DNA of 38,554 bases from Candidatus Woesearchaeota archaeon (GTDB taxonomy: Archaea; Nanobdellota; Nanobdellia; Woesearchaeales; WJKV01), in NCBI GenBank assembly GCA_019323355.1, contig JAHWHI010000036.1, positions 1 through 38,554 on the forward strand, given 5' to 3'. Each line of letters starts with the position of its first letter. Position 1 is the stretch's first letter. Of this stretch, positions 32,204-38,554 are shown piece after piece. Made by a program: the position numbers and the translations under genes. Under the pieces are notes generated by a model. The model searched no databases. It saw only the letters and a list, made by a program, of their open reading frames with translations, and was not told where the DNA came from.

Positions 32204-33151
32204 ATGAAAAGAAAAACCTGGTTCGGAAGATGCATATTTCTCAGCTGGTATTGTGAGAGAGGAACCTGTGATTTCTGTTTTCGTTCTACGATAAAGCATA
32301 GGATCAGGCATGCTGCAAGCGCAAAAAGAAGCATGGCCTCTATTCTCACTGACGCGATAATCGGCAAAAATCTTGGATGGAAGATTGAATTCTTGACAGG
32401 GGGGTACGGGATATTTGATTTTGAGAACATAATTGAGATTGCAAAGCATGTGTCAAAAATATACCAAGAGAAGATATGGGTAAACCTGGGGGCCCTGAAC
32501 AAAGACGAGATGGAGAAATTAAAGCCCTATGTGGAAGGGGTGTGCGCTTCTATCGAGACTGTCGAACCTGAACTTCACAATAAAGTTTGCCCGGACAAGC
32601 CAATAGAGCCGTATTCAGAGATGCTGAAGAATGCGCTTGACCTTGGATTCAAGACGAGCATGACAATTGTCATAGGTCTTGGCGAGAAAAAAGAGGACTT
32701 TGATCTTCTTGCTGATTTCATAGAAAAGCACAAGCTAAGCCAGGTAACTTTCTATGCACTAAAGCCTGTCAAGGGAACACCCTACACAAAAAGCCCAGAT
32801 CCTGAGTACTATTCCTGGTGGATCGAAAGAACAAGGAAAAAATTCCCAGAAATAACAATAATGGCAGGCCTCACTCCAAAACGGGTCGATTATGTGAAGA
32901 ATCTTCTTGAGGCTGGAGCTGACGGTCTCACCAAATTTCCAGCTGTTGGACAGTTCAATTCTGAGAAAGCGCGCTCTATCGAAGAGCAGGCAGGAGAGGC
33001 TGGAAGGGAGTTCATAGGATCATTGACAGAACTTCCAGAGATTGACTGGGAAAAAGAAGTGGAAAATCTTGAAGTTGATGATGAACTAAAACAAAAGATT
33101 AAAATAAAACTAAAACAATATCTAGATAAGATGAGAAAAGAAAAGGGATGA
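32204..33151 (+). CDS. Radical SAM enzyme, BioB-like core, atypical CX4CX2C cluster spacing
   Basis: 315 aa. YCERGTCDFC at residues 16-25, LTGGYG (GGE-like), VNLGALNKDEMEKLK, IET.EPELH, TIVIGLGEKKEDFDLL, FYALKPVKGTP. This parallels the BioB/HydE/PylB-type order of motifs. Confidence 0.7.
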   Translation: MKRKTWFGRCIFLSWYCERGTCDFCFRSTIKHRIRHAASAKRSMASILTDAIIGKNLGWKIEFLTGGYGIFDFENIIEIAKHVSKIYQEKIWVNLGALNKDEMEKLKPYVEGVCASIETVEPELHNKVCPDKPIEPYSEMLKNALDLGFKTSMTIVIGLGEKKEDFDLLADFIEKHKLSQVTFYALKPVKGTPYTKSPDPEYYSWWIERTRKKFPEITIMAGLTPKRVDYVKNLLEAGADGLTKFPAVGQFNSEKARSIEEQAGEAGREFIGSLTELPEIDWEKEVENLEVDDELKQKIKIKLKQYLDKMRKEKG

Positions 33152-33161
33152 AGAAGGAATA

Positions 33162-33803
33162 ATGATGGTGAAAATAAGAAAATACCAGAAAAGGGACAAA
33201 GATGATGTGCGGAGGATCTGCTGTGATACTGGATTTGTCGGCAAGCCGATCGATCCTATCTTTCAGGACCGGGATCTCTGGGCAGATGCGCTGACTTCTT
33301 ATTATCTTGACATTGAACCGGAATCATGCTTTGTTCTCGAGGACAGAGGACGGGTTGTGGGTTATCTTTTTGGATGCGTTGATCTCTGGAAACTTGAGCT
33401 TTATATCAGCGCGATTAAGATGAGGATGCTCGGAAAAGTCATCTTCAGATATTTTTTTGCAGGATACAACAAGAGAACAAAAAAAATGATCAGGTATCTT
33501 CTGTTCACGCGGATGGGCGAGGAAGCAAAAGTAGTGAGAAATTTCGCGCACCTGCATATCAACCTCGAACCGAAATACAGGAACCAGAAGAACGGGACAA
33601 AGCTAGTGCAGACGTATTTTGATTACCTGAAAAAGAAAGATGCAAAAGGATGCTACATACAGACATTCGGTTTCAAAGGTTCAAGAAGCGAGAACTTTTT
33701 CAGGAGACTTGGCTTCAAGGAGTATGATAAAGTGCGGATCCACATCTGGGATGATTATCTTGAAGGTCCGATATATTCTGTCTCAATGATAAAAGTATTA
33801 TAA
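33162..33803 (+). CDS. GNAT-family N-acetyltransferase
   Basis: 213 aa. IRKYQ..D...V..I...TGF.G, the beta-strand run CFVLEDRGRVVGYLFG, and the C-terminal FFRRLGFKEY typical of GNAT. Starts 10 nt after the radical SAM stop. Confidence 0.75.
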   Translation: MMVKIRKYQKRDKDDVRRICCDTGFVGKPIDPIFQDRDLWADALTSYYLDIEPESCFVLEDRGRVVGYLFGCVDLWKLELYISAIKMRMLGKVIFRYFFAGYNKRTKKMIRYLLFTRMGEEAKVVRNFAHLHINLEPKYRNQKNGTKLVQTYFDYLKKKDAKGCYIQTFGFKGSRSENFFRRLGFKEYDKVRIHIWDDYLEGPIYSVSMIKVL

Positions 33804-33865
33804 AATAAAATAGAAAGAGTTTTAAACATAAAGGACAATACATAAAAAAACTGGTGATAAAATAG

Positions 33866-34087
33866 ATGGTGAGAAAAAGCTACGGTCATGTTTTTACTAT
33901 CCGCAATCGTCCAAAAGATATCGCCAGATTGAAAGAGGAAGGTCTTATGATAGGGATTTTCAAGGACAAGTCCGGAGGAAAGATCCCGTTCATCACGAGA
34001 CGCCCGCTTGAATTCGGCGTGCAATATTCATATGAAGTTGGCGACGATGGTTTTGCTCGCAAAATTCAGATTAAAAATCGGAGGTGA
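33866..34087 (+). CDS. Small basic protein, paralog A of a three-member family
   Basis: 73 aa. SD GGTGAT 7 nt upstream. Shares G.I.PFIT..P.E.G.....E...DG..RK with paralog B. Confidence 0.65.
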   Translation: MVRKSYGHVFTIRNRPKDIARLKEEGLMIGIFKDKSGGKIPFITRRPLEFGVQYSYEVGDDGFARKIQIKNRR

Positions 34088-34094
34088 AATTTAG

Positions 34095-34304
34095 ATGGCA
34101 ACAACAATCAAAAAAGGAAAAGGTGTTATCCGTAGGATAAGAACAGAGCCTAAATTCTTAAGGAAACCGTATAAAGCAGGATCAATTGAAGCTAATACTG
34201 GCCAGATTGTCCCGTTTATCACAATGGGTCCATTCGAGAAAGGCGACAAAGTAGCATTCGAGACATCTGCTGACGGAATGGTCAGAAAGATGAAAAAACT
34301 ATAA
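34095..34304 (+). CDS. Small basic protein, paralog B
   Basis: 69 aa. SD GGAGGTGA 7 nt upstream, overlapping the stop of paralog A. T-run terminator downstream. Confidence 0.65.
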   Translation: MATTIKKGKGVIRRIRTEPKFLRKPYKAGSIEANTGQIVPFITMGPFEKGDKVAFETSADGMVRKMKKL

Positions 34305-34309
34305 AATTA

Positions 34310-34327
34310 TTTTTTATTATCTTTTTT
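34310..34327 (+). terminator. Two oligo-T tracts after small paralog B
   Basis: TTTTTT (34310..34315) and TTTTTT (34322..34327), immediately after the stop. Confidence 0.45.
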
Positions 34328-34731
34328 AATTGATTATCCAGAATTCTCTATCTAAAATAAAGAATCATAAGAAAAAATAAAGTCTTGCCCCAAAAGCCAG
34401 AAAACTGGTTGATAATGAGGTGATAACTTATTTTGAAGGTTTGAGATGAGTTCGGCGTTTTGAGACAAGACCCCCAAAGATGTTTGTGAATAAACATGGA
34501 AACCGAAATTCTAAACCTTATGTAGATATAATCAATCTACACCCCCATTAACTAGTGATGTCAATGATTCTATTTAAATCTTGCGAAAAAAGGAACCCTG
34601 TTTTAAAGTCTCGGTTTAATTCATAAAAACGGGTTTTTATCCGGTTTTAGCTGCCAAAAGCATCGAATGATTATGTTTTTATAGTACTATCATATCTAAA
34701 TACAGTAGATCAAGATCATGAGGTGATCATT

Positions 34732-34959
34732 ATGGCAAAAGAAAAAGTAGTTGTCGAAAGACTAAGAACAAAAAAGAAAACAGAAGGATTTGCAGAAGTT
34801 ATGCCCCAACCAATAATGTTCGGTTTCGGACTTCTTCCAGATGGAACAAGGATTGCGATCGAAGCATATGATGATGTTGAAGTTGGCGGAAGATACGCTG
34901 CAGAGAAAGTTATCGGACAGAACAAATATAGAATCGGCAAGCCAAAAAAGAAAAAGTAA
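34732..34959 (+). CDS. Small basic protein, distant paralog C
   Basis: 75 aa from ATG 34732; the ORF track uses GTG 34723. The near-perfect SD GAGGTGATC (34720..34728) is complementary to the 16S 3' end seen in this window. Shares V.ERLRTKKK with B (V.RRIRTEPK) and G.RIAIEAYDD with A (G.QYSYEVGDD). Confidence 0.6.
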   Translation: MAKEKVVVERLRTKKKTEGFAEVMPQPIMFGFGLLPDGTRIAIEAYDDVEVGGRYAAEKVIGQNKYRIGKPKKKK

Positions 34960-35045
34960 ATTTTCGCTTTCTATTTTTATTCTATTATTTTTAATTTAAA
35001 ATTCTCAAATCTAGCTCACGCTATATTCTAAGGTTTTTTCAGAAT

Positions 35046-35070
35046 AAAAAGAAAAAAAAAGAAGAAAAAA
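35046..35070 (-). terminator. Oligo-T tracts (minus strand) immediately downstream of the 23S processing stem
   Basis: The plus strand reads AAAAAGAAAAAAAAAGAAGAAAAAA, which gives runs of T6, T9 and T5 on the transcribed strand. Confidence 0.55.
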
Positions 35071-35074
35071 CCGC

Positions 35075-35112
35075 GCATAAGTCCTTTGCTGAATTACCAA
35101 TAGGTAAAGATT
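35075..35112 (-). other. 23S processing-stem 3' arm (pairs with 38019..38056)
   Basis: 35075..35091 (GCATAAGTCCTTTGCTG) is perfectly complementary to 38040..38056. 35102..35112 is complementary to 38019..38029. A 10x10-nt internal loop in between could hold a bulge-helix-bulge site. Confidence 0.8.
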
Positions 35113-38018
<2,906 letters not shown>

Positions 38019-38056
38019 AATCTTTACCTAAAGCTATTACAGCAAAGGACTTATGC
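38019..38056 (-). other. 23S processing-stem 5' arm
   Basis: See the paired arm at 35075..35112: helices of 17 bp and 11 bp. Confidence 0.8.
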
Positions 38057-38186
38057 ACGGTTTCATCAACGCAAATGTCAAAGTCATAACGAATTCAATC
38101 ATGTGAATTCTCTTTACGTCTCGTCCTGGCATCCGTTCGCAATGAGCGGATACATTTTATTTTTTGTTTTGATTTTTTGCTTTGAC

Positions 38187-38214
38187 TTTCGAAAATCGAA
38201 TTTCGAAAATCGAT
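38187..38214 (-). repeat. Tandem 2 x 14-nt repeat in the ITS (TTTCGAAAATCGAA / TTTCGAAAATCGAT)
   Basis: Direct reading; 13 of 14 positions identical. Each unit contains the palindrome TTTCGAAA. Confidence 0.8.
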
Positions 38215-38275
38215 GATTGCAGGCTGTTTTGTCTTGGCAAGTTTTTGCCATCGCGTTTTAAGTCCACTGAAAAAG

Positions 38276-38349
38276 TGGACCCGGCGGGATTCGAACCCAC
38301 GGCCCCCGCCTTGCAAGGGCGATGCTCTACCAGACTGAGCTACAGGCCC
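38276..38349 (-). tRNA. tRNA-Ala(UGC) in the 16S-23S spacer
   Basis: The reverse complement is GGGCCTG-TA-GCTC-AGTCTGGTA-GAGC-A-TCGCC-CTTGCAA-GGCGG-GGGCC-GTGGG-TTCGAAT-CCCGC-CGGGTCC-A. The G3:U70 Ala identity pair is present. Confidence 0.93.
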
Positions 38350-38435
38350 GCTTTGCAAATGTGAGTGTATGAAATGTAATGGATTTTCAAGATTGGTGTC
38401 GATCTCATCTTTCACAAGCAAGATGAAAAATAAAA

Positions 38436-38554
38436 AGGAGGTGATCCAGCCGCAGGTTCCCCTCCGGCTACCTTGTGACGACTTAGCCCATCTCACGGAC
38501 CTTAAGTTCAGTCCTGTCAAAAAACAGAGGTTCACTCAAAGCCTGCTCGAGTGG
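38436..38554 (-). rRNA. 16S rRNA, 3'-terminal about 119 nt (partial; continues beyond the window)
   Basis: The reverse complement ends ...GAACCTGCGGCTGGATCACCTCCT. It contains the 1492-region AAGTCGTCACAAGGTAGCC. Confidence 0.9.

Noticed and set aside
32098-32502. N-terminal 135 codons of ORF 31234..32502
   Set aside because: The extension overlaps the radical SAM gene antisense and the shared promoter region. A lipoprotein signal peptide with a GGAGG SD begins at the internal ATG 32097.
34305-34722. 5S rRNA, SRP RNA, RNase P RNA or tRNA in the 418-bp gap
   Set aside because: No conserved blocks of these RNAs are visible by eye: no GTTCGAAT-type T-arm, no 5S loop motifs, and no GGAA(A)GTCCGG-type P4 element. 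The region is much more AT-rich than the rRNAs and tRNAs here.
56-34940. The remaining antisense or alternate-frame ORFs of 60 to 232 aa listed in the track and nested within larger genes (for example 2212..2910, 13543..14202, 29336..30019, 23120..23524)
   Set aside because: Each is fully embedded in a confidently identified gene. They show low-complexity or Ser/Leu-rich shadow-frame composition and lack promoter or SD signals.
38095-38535. 146-aa minus ORF and 60-aa plus ORF in the ITS
   Set aside because: They span tRNA-Ala and the 16S 3' end, which are structural RNA and not coding.

Overview
This is a tightly packed, roughly 40% GC archaeal housekeeping window. I infer a small-genome, DPANN-like lineage from the split rpoB and rpoA, the eukaryote-type r-proteins (L30e, L31e, L39e, S19e, S6e, L10e), SepF, NOG1, ZPR1 and the intron-rich tRNAs. 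Content from left to right: class II RNR; acylphosphatase plus two surface or membrane proteins; a four-tRNA cluster in which three genes carry introns; the rpoH-B''-B'-A'-A''-L30e-NusA-S12-S7 operon ending in an unexpected 120-aa gene; a pilin-like gene; a short NFACT-R protein followed by a 530-aa orphan; the S19e-L39e-L31e operon (L39e is missing from the ORF track); an orphan followed by Lhr helicase, a PHP phosphoesterase and an MPE phosphoesterase; ZPR1, SepF, L10e, NOG1, S6e and aIF2-gamma; an HPP membrane protein, a nuclease-fold orphan and a lipoprotein; a BioB-like radical SAM gene followed by a GNAT gene; three small basic paralogs; and the 3' portion of an rRNA operon on the minus strand (16S 3' end, tRNA-Ala, complete 23S). 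I saw no CRISPR array, transposase, integrase or recognisable defence system. The most unusual observations are these: aIF2-gamma has no canonical start codon and is preceded by an in-frame 3-codon mini-ORF ending in two stops; tRNA-Asp carries two introns, one of them in the T-loop; there is a three-member family of about 70-aa basic proteins next to a 418-bp non-coding island; a radical SAM gene with CX4CX2C cysteine spacing sits directly upstream of a GNAT gene; Lhr, PHP and MPE lie adjacent; and three r-proteins carry long low-complexity tails. All protein calls come from reading the translations by eye. No database search was run.
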